A stretch of 64,000 nt of DNA from an uncultured Acidobacteriota bacterium (GTDB lineage Bacteria > Acidobacteriota > Thermoanaerobaculia > Gp7-AA8). The stretch covers positions 192,001 through 256,000 of the forward strand of contig CAWGHO010000003.1 in NCBI GenBank assembly GCA_963822445.1. Direction: 5' to 3'. The notes below the pieces were generated by a model. The model was not told where the DNA came from. It saw only the letters and a list, made by a program, of their open reading frames with translations, and did not search any database. Made by a program: the position numbers and the translations under genes. Of the stretch, positions 38,704-46,404 are shown piece after piece. Position 1 is the stretch's first letter. The number at the start of each line of letters is the position of its first letter.

Positions 38704-39342
38704 ATGATCATCGGCATCCCGATCTTTCAGAAAGTCGACCTGCTCGACGTCGCCGCGGCGGTCGAGGTGTTCACTTCCATGAAATCGTACGCGCCGCAGC
38801 TCGGCGCGGAGATCTGGCTGATCGCCGAAGATGACTGCGACGTGGTCACGCGCGTGGGAGTGACCCTCAAGCCGCAGAAGTGCTTCGAGGAAGTGCCCGT
38901 GGTCGATGTGCTGTGGGTTCCGGGCGGCGATCCGTCGGCGCTGAATGCACTGATGCACGATCCGAAGCGGACGTACCTCGACTTCCTGATCACCCGCAGC
39001 GCCGGTGCACGATACGTGACCTCGGTTTGTGAAGGCGCGTTGCTGCTGGCGCAGGCCGGACTGCTCGACGGCTACCTCGCCACGACGCACTGGGCATTCG
39101 TTCCCTGCCTGAAACGCTTCAAGTCAGTCAAAGTGGCGGAAGGCTATCCGCGCTTCGTCGTCGACCGGAATCGCGTGACCGGCGGCGGGATTTCATCGGG
39201 CCTCGACGAATCGCTGAAGATCGTCGAGCTGCTCGCCGGCTACGAAGTCGCGCAGCAGGTGCAGCAGTTCACGCAGTACTACCCGGCCCCGCCCGTGGCC
39301 AGCATCATCCCCGACGCCACCGGCTGCCCGCTCGATGGGTAG
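38704..39342 (+). CDS. DJ-1/PfpI family protein (isonitrile hydratase-like)
   Basis: LLDV..EVF, DVLWVPGG, TSVCEGALLL (nucleophile Cys), ATTHW, GGGISSGLD, QYYPAPP. Confidence 0.88.
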   Translation: MIIGIPIFQKVDLLDVAAAVEVFTSMKSYAPQLGAEIWLIAEDDCDVVTRVGVTLKPQKCFEEVPVVDVLWVPGGDPSALNALMHDPKRTYLDFLITRSAGARYVTSVCEGALLLAQAGLLDGYLATTHWAFVPCLKRFKSVKVAEGYPRFVVDRNRVTGGGISSGLDESLKIVELLAGYEVAQQVQQFTQYYPAPPVASIIPDATGCPLDG

Positions 39343-39385
39343 GGAAAACTCTTCCAGCTGACTCTCCTGAAATATCAACTCCCAT

Positions 39386-39799
39386 AAAAAAATCGATCAC
39401 GCTGTTCTCCGGCGGACGCCGTCGACGCGAGCAGAGACGCTTCTTCTCGTCTGGGCGGCGGTAGCCGCGCTGCTCCCCAAGTGTCCTCTCTGTTTCCTGG
39501 CGCTCCTCGGCGCGACGGGAGCGCTGGGGACGGCTGGCTCGGCCTGGGCTGCGTGGATGCCGGCCGTCATGGTCGGCTCGCTTCTGATCTCGGTCACCGC
39601 GGTCTCCATTCGAGCGCACATGGAGCGCCGGTACGGGCCCGCGATCGTCGCCCTGATCGCCGCGGTCACGATCGTCTTGGGCAGATTCGTCTTTCACTCG
39701 ACCGCCGTCGTTTACGTCGGCGCGGCGACGCTTTTCGGCGCCGCGATCTTTCATTTCGCAATGGAGAGGATCCGATGGCACAAACCGCTGGTGTCGTGA
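39386..39799 (+). CDS. MerC-like CxxC membrane protein; start codon missing or non-canonical
   Basis: The frame of ORF 39557..39799 is open from 39371 and encodes LLLVWAAVAALLPKCPLCFLALLG plus further TM helices. No ATG/GTG/TTG occurs before the motif. Confidence 0.6.
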   Translation, partial: KKIDHAVLRRTPSTRAETLLLVWAAVAALLPKCPLCFLALLGATGALGTAGSAWAAWMPAVMVGSLLISVTAVSIRAHMERRYGPAIVALIAAVTIVLGRFVFHSTAVVYVGAATLFGAAIFHFAMERIRWHKPLVS

Positions 39800-41853
39800 C
39801 CCGGTATGAACGTGTGGTCGAGATTCTCGACCGCGCTGCGGCGAACAGCGACGCCGATTACGGCGGCGCCGGACGCTTCTGGTTTCCGCTCGCCAATCTG
39901 TTGCAGGCGCGCGTCCACGGCGTCCGGATGATCGCCCCCGAAGAGCCGGCGGAGCAGGCCTGCCCTTGCTGCGTGCCGGCGTCCGGCGATGGCCCGCCCT
40001 TCCCCGAGCGGGGCGCGAAGTCCGGCCTGGTGCGTGGGCTTCGCGGTCAGGCTCCGTTCGACGGAACACAGTTTCCCCGTCTGCCGTGGGGCGGCAGCCC
40101 TGTCGCGCCGGACGACATCGAGCTGATCTCGTCCTGGATCGACGATGGTTGTCCCGATCCGCAGCACGAGATCTCGCTCCAGGCGGTCGCGCAAACGTCG
40201 GCGACGAGCGTCGAGGCCATCCCGGAGGGCAACACCGAGAGCGAAACGCGGACGTGGCCTGTTTATGAAGGCTCCCCGAACGAGTACCGCTATCCCTACG
40301 GCGAGGTGAAGCAGCGGATGAACCTCGACTGCCTCCTGCCCGATCAACTGGCCCAGCTCCGTCGAGCCTTCCGGGAGATGTACCGGCTGAACAAGTGGCC
40401 CGAGGACCGGCGCAGTTACAACAACATGGCGTTGATTCACAAGAATCACTGCCAGCACGGGTGGGAGCGCTTCCTGCCGTGGCACCGCATCTACCTGTAC
40501 GAGTTCGAGCAGGTGATGCAGGACGTCTGCCCCGGCGTCACCATGCCTTACTGGGACTGGACTCTGACGCAGTATGTCCCCGAGCATCCGGAGACGGGCG
40601 CGATCATCCCGGAGTCGTTCAAGGGATTCATCACCGACGACTCGCTCGACTACCTGACGCACGCCACGCCGAAGCTGGGGGCGGCGGAAGCGAAGACGCT
40701 GTCGGAACAGGTGGTCGGCACACTGTACAGCTCCGTCACCAAATTTTTCGACGCGGTCGAGGCGGCGATCGGCAAGCCGTACACGCAGGGTGATCACCGC
40801 GATCGTTTCATCGACGCGCTCCTCGCGGCGAATTCGCTCTGGTATCCGCTGCGCTATTCGGCCGAGTTCCCGAAAGGAATCACCGGCGATCCCTTCCACT
40901 ATCACTACCCGACCGCCGAGGACATGCAGCAGATCATGGCGCTGCGCACCTTCCGCGACTTCGGCGGCGGAAGCCTCTACAACGACTCGTTCGGCTATCT
41001 CGACCAGAACCCGCACAACACGATGCACATCTGGACGGGCGGACTGAACCCGAATCCCGAGCCCGATCCCGAGTTCGGCGTGGCGCTGGGGCGCAACCGC
41101 AACCGCGCCACCAAAGCCGCCGCGCGCGTCTTCCACTCGCGTGAAGACATGTACACCCAGCCCGGCAGCGGCGACATGCTGAGCAATCTCACCGCCTCGT
41201 ACGACCCGATCTTCTGGCCCATCCACGCCAACATCGACCGCCTCTGGTCGGAATGGCAGCAGTGCAACCCGCACGCGAACCCCGCCGATCTCGACGCCGT
41301 GCTCACGCCGTGGAGCTACACCACTGCGGACACGCTCGACATGGCGCGCTTCGGCTACGAGTACGTCAAGTGCGCCTTCGTGGTGCCGGTTGGTCTCTCC
41401 GCGCCGGTGGGGCGCTTCGTCTCCCAGCCGATCGCCATTCCGAAGCCGGCGCGCAAGTCGTTCCGGCAGGTGGAGGTGCGGCTGCATCGGGTTCCGCAGC
41501 TTCCGCGCTCCTGCTTCATCCGCGTCTTCCTGAATCTGCCGGACGCAAACGCCTCCACGCCCATCGACCACGAGAACTACGCCGGTTACCTCGGCATCTT
41601 CGGCCACGGCGCATGCATCGGCGGCCCCGGGCACTGCGAGCTGCCGCCGTCGCGGGCGCGCGAGTACGACCTCCGCCCGCGCAGCCACAACACGCCGCGC
41701 AATCACCGCGTGAACGTCACCAGGACCGCCAAACGCCTGCTCGAAGGCGGTGCCGAATCGCTGCAGATCACGCTGTTGGTCATCGGCGCCGACTATCGCG
41801 AAGACAACGAGCTCCTGCGCGTCGACGGCGTCTCACTGGACTTCCTCGACTAG
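39775..41853 (+). CDS. Tyrosinase (type-3 copper protein) with extra N- and C-terminal domains
   Basis: CuA IHKNHCQHGWERFLPWHR, PYWDW, CuB PHNTMH..DPIFWPIHANIDRLW. C-terminal FIRVFLNLPDAN..ENYAG resembles the polyphenol-oxidase shielding domain. Confidence 0.92.
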   Translation: MAQTAGVVTRYERVVEILDRAAANSDADYGGAGRFWFPLANLLQARVHGVRMIAPEEPAEQACPCCVPASGDGPPFPERGAKSGLVRGLRGQAPFDGTQFPRLPWGGSPVAPDDIELISSWIDDGCPDPQHEISLQAVAQTSATSVEAIPEGNTESETRTWPVYEGSPNEYRYPYGEVKQRMNLDCLLPDQLAQLRRAFREMYRLNKWPEDRRSYNNMALIHKNHCQHGWERFLPWHRIYLYEFEQVMQDVCPGVTMPYWDWTLTQYVPEHPETGAIIPESFKGFITDDSLDYLTHATPKLGAAEAKTLSEQVVGTLYSSVTKFFDAVEAAIGKPYTQGDHRDRFIDALLAANSLWYPLRYSAEFPKGITGDPFHYHYPTAEDMQQIMALRTFRDFGGGSLYNDSFGYLDQNPHNTMHIWTGGLNPNPEPDPEFGVALGRNRNRATKAAARVFHSREDMYTQPGSGDMLSNLTASYDPIFWPIHANIDRLWSEWQQCNPHANPADLDAVLTPWSYTTADTLDMARFGYEYVKCAFVVPVGLSAPVGRFVSQPIAIPKPARKSFRQVEVRLHRVPQLPRSCFIRVFLNLPDANASTPIDHENYAGYLGIFGHGACIGGPGHCELPPSRAREYDLRPRSHNTPRNHRVNVTRTAKRLLEGGAESLQITLLVIGADYREDNELLRVDGVSLDFLD

Positions 41854-41863
41854 AAAGGCAGCG

Positions 41864-44458
41864 ATGAGAATTCCTATCTACCGCATCCATCCCGGCATCG
41901 GGGTCGCCCGCCTGGGCAACAGTCCCGACTCGTTTTACATCGGTCCGCAGCAGCGGGCCGAGCTGCCGATCGAGTGCGACGCGCTCGGCAATCCGATGCT
42001 CTCTCCGGACGGCATGACCGTGCAGCGCGTGGCCACGTTCAAGGATGCCGAGGGGCGCATCCGGCGGCAGGCGGCGCGATTCGAAGTGTGGGTGTACGAC
42101 GATGAATCGCCCGACGGACGCCCACTCCGCCGCGGAGATCCCATCGAAGGCGGCGGGAACGCCGGCGCGCTCGTCGACATCCAGTGGCGGGTCTGGCTGG
42201 CGAACAAGAAAGCGAGCTGGTACCAGTTCGATCAGCTCGAAGGGGAGCATGGATACGCGGACAACCATCCGCTGCGGAACTCCGACATCACCGACCCTGA
42301 CGCGCGGCAGCGGCTGATCATCGATCCCGGACCGCGCACGGTCGATGGATCGACGCGGCGGCGGGCCAGCTTCGACCGGGACGGCGGCGAGAACTATTCG
42401 CCGACCTTTCCGCCGCCGCTCGAGCCGTGGGCCATCGACACGCTCGGCGATCTGCTCACCGACAACGAGGGACGGCTCCTCGTCCTCGGCGGCCACGGTC
42501 ACTCCGGCTCCTATCTCTTCGACGAGTTCGGCCAGCCGCGCATCGTCGACTACGCGAACAACGACGGCTGGTTCGACGACACCTCCGACGGCCCGGTCAT
42601 GGCGCGGCTGGTCATGTTCTCCGACCTCGTCGGCGAGGTCCGCTTCATCGACGTCGAGGCGCCATCCTGGGTCATCTGCGCCTACCCGCGCTACGTTCCG
42701 GAGGTGCTCGACGTCGTGACCATGGACGACGTGATCGACGACCTCGCCATCACCGAGTTCGCGGAGCGGACCGACATCTACGGCACGGCGGGAACGTTCG
42801 GCGATCCGCCGTACATCGCGCCGACGGACACCGACGCGCTGATTCACTGGCGTGCCGGCCGGCTGCGCTGGAACCCCGACTACAAACCGTGGTTCTACCG
42901 CGACGTCTGGTCGATCCTCTTCCGCCCCGACCAGTTCACCTACCTCTGCAACATCCTCGGGCAATCGAATTTCCCGCACAACTACTCCACGCGCGGCACG
43001 TTCGATCCGGCGAAACTCTCGGTGCCGCCGCAGATCTTCTGGGCCGGCGTGCGGAAATGCGAGGCGCGCTGCATGCGCCGCCACCACGACGGCGAGCTGT
43101 TCGTCGAGACGCTCGCGCCGCTGTACCTCGTACTGCAGAAACAGATCGGCCGCGAGCTGAAGGAAAGCGGCAGGTCCCTTCCTCCCGACGGCGTCCTCAC
43201 CACGGAAATGTCCGACGCGATGCAGGAAGCGCTGAAGACATTCGGCGACGCGGTCATCGGCGCGCCGAAGGACGGCGACGACTTCGATGGCTATCTCGCG
43301 CGCTGGCGCAGCTCCTCCCAGGATCCGGAAGCGGCCGCGGCGCGCGGGGCGCTGGAGGAGCGGTTCGCGGAGATCGTCGACGGCTTCAGCGCTGGACTGA
43401 GCGACCAGCTGAAGAGCGACCTTCGGCGCCTCACCGCCGAACATCTCCGCAAGCACACCATCGGCAAGCTCCTCGACGACTGCCGGGCCACGTGCATCGC
43501 CGCGAACACCTACGATCCGTATCGCCCCGATCGGCTCTTCCTTTTCAGCTTGTTGAGGCAGCCGGGGGAGGAGAACGATTTCTTCCTTTCCGGCAAGCCG
43601 AGCTCCCGCGTGCACAACCTGCCGCTCATGCCGCTGCTGGCCGGCGACAACCCGATCTCCAACACCCTGCCGTCGAAATTTCTGCGGCTGACCGAGTACC
43701 AGTACTACGTGCTGCGGCAGTGGGCGAACGGGATCTTCTTCAACGAAGAGCTCGAAGGCTGGCCGTATCCGAATCCGTGGTGGCCGTACGACGAGACCGC
43801 CGTCCAGACCGGACGCGATCTCGACCGCGGCGCGCTGGCCAGCGTCCTCGGCGGCTCGTTCTGTCCCGGCGCGGAGGTGGGATGGGTCATGCGCAATCCC
43901 GCGATCTGGCGCGAGCCGTATCGCATCAAAGCCGATCCCGGCTACTACGAGTTCGGCCAGACCGCGGCGCAGGCGAACGCGAACCACGGCCGCATTCCGG
44001 AAATCGACTACTCCTCGTACTCGACGAACGACCTCAGTCAGAAGAGCAACTTCGACGTCGGCCTGCAGCCCGGCGACCTCACCAAGTCGATGTCCGTGCC
44101 GTGGCAGAGCGACTTCAACGAGTGCACCACGCAGCCTATCGACATCACGTACGAAGAGTGGAACACCATCAATCCCGATGAGCCGGCCGACGCGCTGATG
44201 GCGCGCGAGCAGAAGGTCTGGGAGACGCTCTGGTGGCCGGCCCACCGGCCGACGCAGACGAGCGAAGCCACGTCAGCCGGCAACATCACCTGGCTCGATT
44301 GGACGCCGGGTGTTCCGCAGACGAACGCCGGCGATCTGAAGATGGTGACCGAGTGGTGGCGGCTGCCGTTCGTCACCCGCAACGCGGCCTACGACTTCAC
44401 GTTGCCGCCGCCCCAGAACCCGCCGCCGTACGTCAGCAAGGAGCGCACGAAGCGCTGA
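41864..44458 (+). CDS. LodA/GoxA-family CTQ-dependent amino acid oxidase
   Basis: YRIHPGIGVARLGNS, RQAARF, ANKKASWY, LGDLLTD..GRLLVLGG.G, NNDGWFDDTSDGPV, GGSFCPG.E, PGDLTKSMSVPWQSDFNEC (Asp/Cys), WWPAHRP (Trp). Confidence 0.93.
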   Translation: MRIPIYRIHPGIGVARLGNSPDSFYIGPQQRAELPIECDALGNPMLSPDGMTVQRVATFKDAEGRIRRQAARFEVWVYDDESPDGRPLRRGDPIEGGGNAGALVDIQWRVWLANKKASWYQFDQLEGEHGYADNHPLRNSDITDPDARQRLIIDPGPRTVDGSTRRRASFDRDGGENYSPTFPPPLEPWAIDTLGDLLTDNEGRLLVLGGHGHSGSYLFDEFGQPRIVDYANNDGWFDDTSDGPVMARLVMFSDLVGEVRFIDVEAPSWVICAYPRYVPEVLDVVTMDDVIDDLAITEFAERTDIYGTAGTFGDPPYIAPTDTDALIHWRAGRLRWNPDYKPWFYRDVWSILFRPDQFTYLCNILGQSNFPHNYSTRGTFDPAKLSVPPQIFWAGVRKCEARCMRRHHDGELFVETLAPLYLVLQKQIGRELKESGRSLPPDGVLTTEMSDAMQEALKTFGDAVIGAPKDGDDFDGYLARWRSSSQDPEAAAARGALEERFAEIVDGFSAGLSDQLKSDLRRLTAEHLRKHTIGKLLDDCRATCIAANTYDPYRPDRLFLFSLLRQPGEENDFFLSGKPSSRVHNLPLMPLLAGDNPISNTLPSKFLRLTEYQYYVLRQWANGIFFNEELEGWPYPNPWWPYDETAVQTGRDLDRGALASVLGGSFCPGAEVGWVMRNPAIWREPYRIKADPGYYEFGQTAAQANANHGRIPEIDYSSYSTNDLSQKSNFDVGLQPGDLTKSMSVPWQSDFNECTTQPIDITYEEWNTINPDEPADALMAREQKVWETLWWPAHRPTQTSEATSAGNITWLDWTPGVPQTNAGDLKMVTEWWRLPFVTRNAAYDFTLPPPQNPPPYVSKERTKR

Positions 44459-44471
44459 AGAAGGAGACGCA

Positions 44472-44900
44472 ATGAAGCACGACAATCCGTTCGTCGGGAC
44501 GTGGAGCTACCGCAGTCTGAACAATGACCCTGATCTCTCCATCGCGTTCAACGACCTGCAATTCGGGATCGGCACGATCAAGATCACGGCCGACTCCTTC
44601 GACAGGCTCGGAGGAACGATCGGCGGGCAGGGGTGGTCGCTCAACCTGCGCGGCTCGTTCGGCTACGGTTCGCCGATGCAGATCCGCTTTCAAGGCAAAG
44701 GCGTGGTCGGTCCGGCGGAATGGATCTACGACTACATCGGCTGGCTGGTGCCGGTCTGGCCGAACAGCAACGACCAGCTGGAGCGGTCTTCGATCGTCGG
44801 CTCCATCGTGCGAACCGTCCCGCATCAGAGCGAAACGGGCACCGGTCCGATTCACCCGGCCGGCGTGGTCGCGTCCTGGTACGCCGTGCGCGCAAAGTGA
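44472..44900 (+). CDS. Small beta-barrel-like hypothetical protein
   Basis: RBS AAGGAG. GTWSYRS..WIYDYIGW..IVGSIVRTVPH..AGVVASW. Lies between the lodA-like and lodB-like genes. Confidence 0.75.
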   Translation: MKHDNPFVGTWSYRSLNNDPDLSIAFNDLQFGIGTIKITADSFDRLGGTIGGQGWSLNLRGSFGYGSPMQIRFQGKGVVGPAEWIYDYIGWLVPVWPNSNDQLERSSIVGSIVRTVPHQSETGTGPIHPAGVVASWYAVRAK

Positions 44901-45997
44901 TGCGTGTCGATGTCGCAATCGTCGGCGCCGGCCCGGCCGGAAGTGCGTGCGCGATCTCGCTGCGCGCGCACGCGCCTTCGCTTTCGGTCGCACTGATCGA
45001 AGCCTCGCCCTTCGACGCGGCGCGACCCGGTGAGACGCTTTCGCCCGCGGCGCGCCCGCTCCTCGAGCACCTCGGCGTCTTCGCCGCGTTTCGCGTCGCG
45101 GGACACGCGGAAGTACATGGAACGACCGCGTCGTGGGGCAACGATTCAGCGGAGGACAACGACTACATCTTCAACGCGCGTGGACCGGGCTGGCATCTGG
45201 ACCGAGCTCGCTTCGACGCCATGCTCGCCGAGCACGCCGCCTCGCGCGGCGCGGCACTGCTCGTCGGCGCAAAAGTGCGCGACGCCGACGGCGCCTGGCG
45301 TCTGCATCTCGCCGATGGACGAATCGTCGAAGCAGGTTTCGTCGTCGATGCGACCGGCAGCGCGGAACTGGCCAGGCGATTCCGTGCGGCGCGAGCCACG
45401 GCGTTCGATCATCTGGTCAGCTTCGGGAAATTCTTCGATGACCACTCGGACGGCGATCCGCGCACGGTCGTCCAGGCATTCGCGGATGGCTGGTGGTACA
45501 CCGCGGCGCTTCCGCGGCAGCGCCGCTTCGTCGCCTGCATGACCGACAGCGCCGTCGCCCGCCGCCTGCGTCTCAGCGACACGGCCACCTGGAGCCGGAT
45601 GCTCGAAGAGATGCCGCTGGTCGCCCGCGTCGCGCGCGGGGCGAATGCCTGCGGCCCGCTGGTCGCGCGTCCCTGCGGCTCGCGGCGGCTCGACCCGGCC
45701 GCGGGCGCCGATTGGATCGCCGCCGGCGATGCCGCGTCGCGGTACGATCCGCTTTCTTCCCAGGGAATCACCAAGGCGCTGCGCTCCGGCATCTTCGCGT
45801 CGTACGCGATCGGCGACCGACTGACCGGCGGCGACTCACGAGGACTCCGCCGCTATCATCGTTTCATCCGGTCCGAGTTCGACCACTACCTGCGCACCCG
45901 GGCGCAGGTCTATCGCGAGGAGCGGCGTTGGCCGGAGAGCGAGTTCTGGCTGAAGTTCGGAAACGACAACCCCATCCAAGACGAGCAGCAGGATTAG
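44900..45997 (+). CDS. LodB/GoxB-like FAD-dependent oxidoreductase (CTQ maturase)
   Basis: VAIVGAGPAG, GETLSP, GWHLDRARFD, VVDATG, GWWY, AGDAA..DPLSSQGI. Start overlaps the upstream stop. Confidence 0.88.
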   Translation: MRVDVAIVGAGPAGSACAISLRAHAPSLSVALIEASPFDAARPGETLSPAARPLLEHLGVFAAFRVAGHAEVHGTTASWGNDSAEDNDYIFNARGPGWHLDRARFDAMLAEHAASRGAALLVGAKVRDADGAWRLHLADGRIVEAGFVVDATGSAELARRFRAARATAFDHLVSFGKFFDDHSDGDPRTVVQAFADGWWYTAALPRQRRFVACMTDSAVARRLRLSDTATWSRMLEEMPLVARVARGANACGPLVARPCGSRRLDPAAGADWIAAGDAASRYDPLSSQGITKALRSGIFASYAIGDRLTGGDSRGLRRYHRFIRSEFDHYLRTRAQVYREERRWPESEFWLKFGNDNPIQDEQQD

Positions 45998-46012
45998 AGA
46001 GGAGAGAACGTC

Positions 46013-46393
46013 ATGCCCGACTGGTCGATCAAGATCGTTCAATGCAGCACCGGCGAAGGCGCCGAATTCGTCCCTGACCTCAAAGGAAAGGTCGCCGGCG
46101 ACCCGCTGGAGTGCATGGTGGACGACCTGGTGACGTGGAACAACTGCACCACCGAGGAGCACCAGCCGTGGCCGGCCGACGACACGTACACGGCGCTTCC
46201 CAACGATCAGGTGCTCCCGCGGGGAGGCCCGAACTACCTGTCCGACATCATTCCCGCCGGAGGATCCTCGCAACCCAGTTACGACGTCGCCCAACCGTCC
46301 GCCGCGCCCGCGCAGTGGACCGTCCATTACATCTGCGTGCTCCATCCCTACGTGGAAACCGAGCGCGGAACCATCATCGGAAACGCGTACTGA
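46013..46393 (+). CDS. Small cupredoxin-like protein
   Basis: D.VTW.N....HQ and C-terminal YICVLHP..GTI resemble the plastocyanin His...Cys-x2-His pattern. No axial Met. RBS GAGGAG. Confidence 0.6.
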   Translation: MPDWSIKIVQCSTGEGAEFVPDLKGKVAGDPLECMVDDLVTWNNCTTEEHQPWPADDTYTALPNDQVLPRGGPNYLSDIIPAGGSSQPSYDVAQPSAAPAQWTVHYICVLHPYVETERGTIIGNAY

Positions 46394-46404
46394 GGAGCCA
46401 TGAC

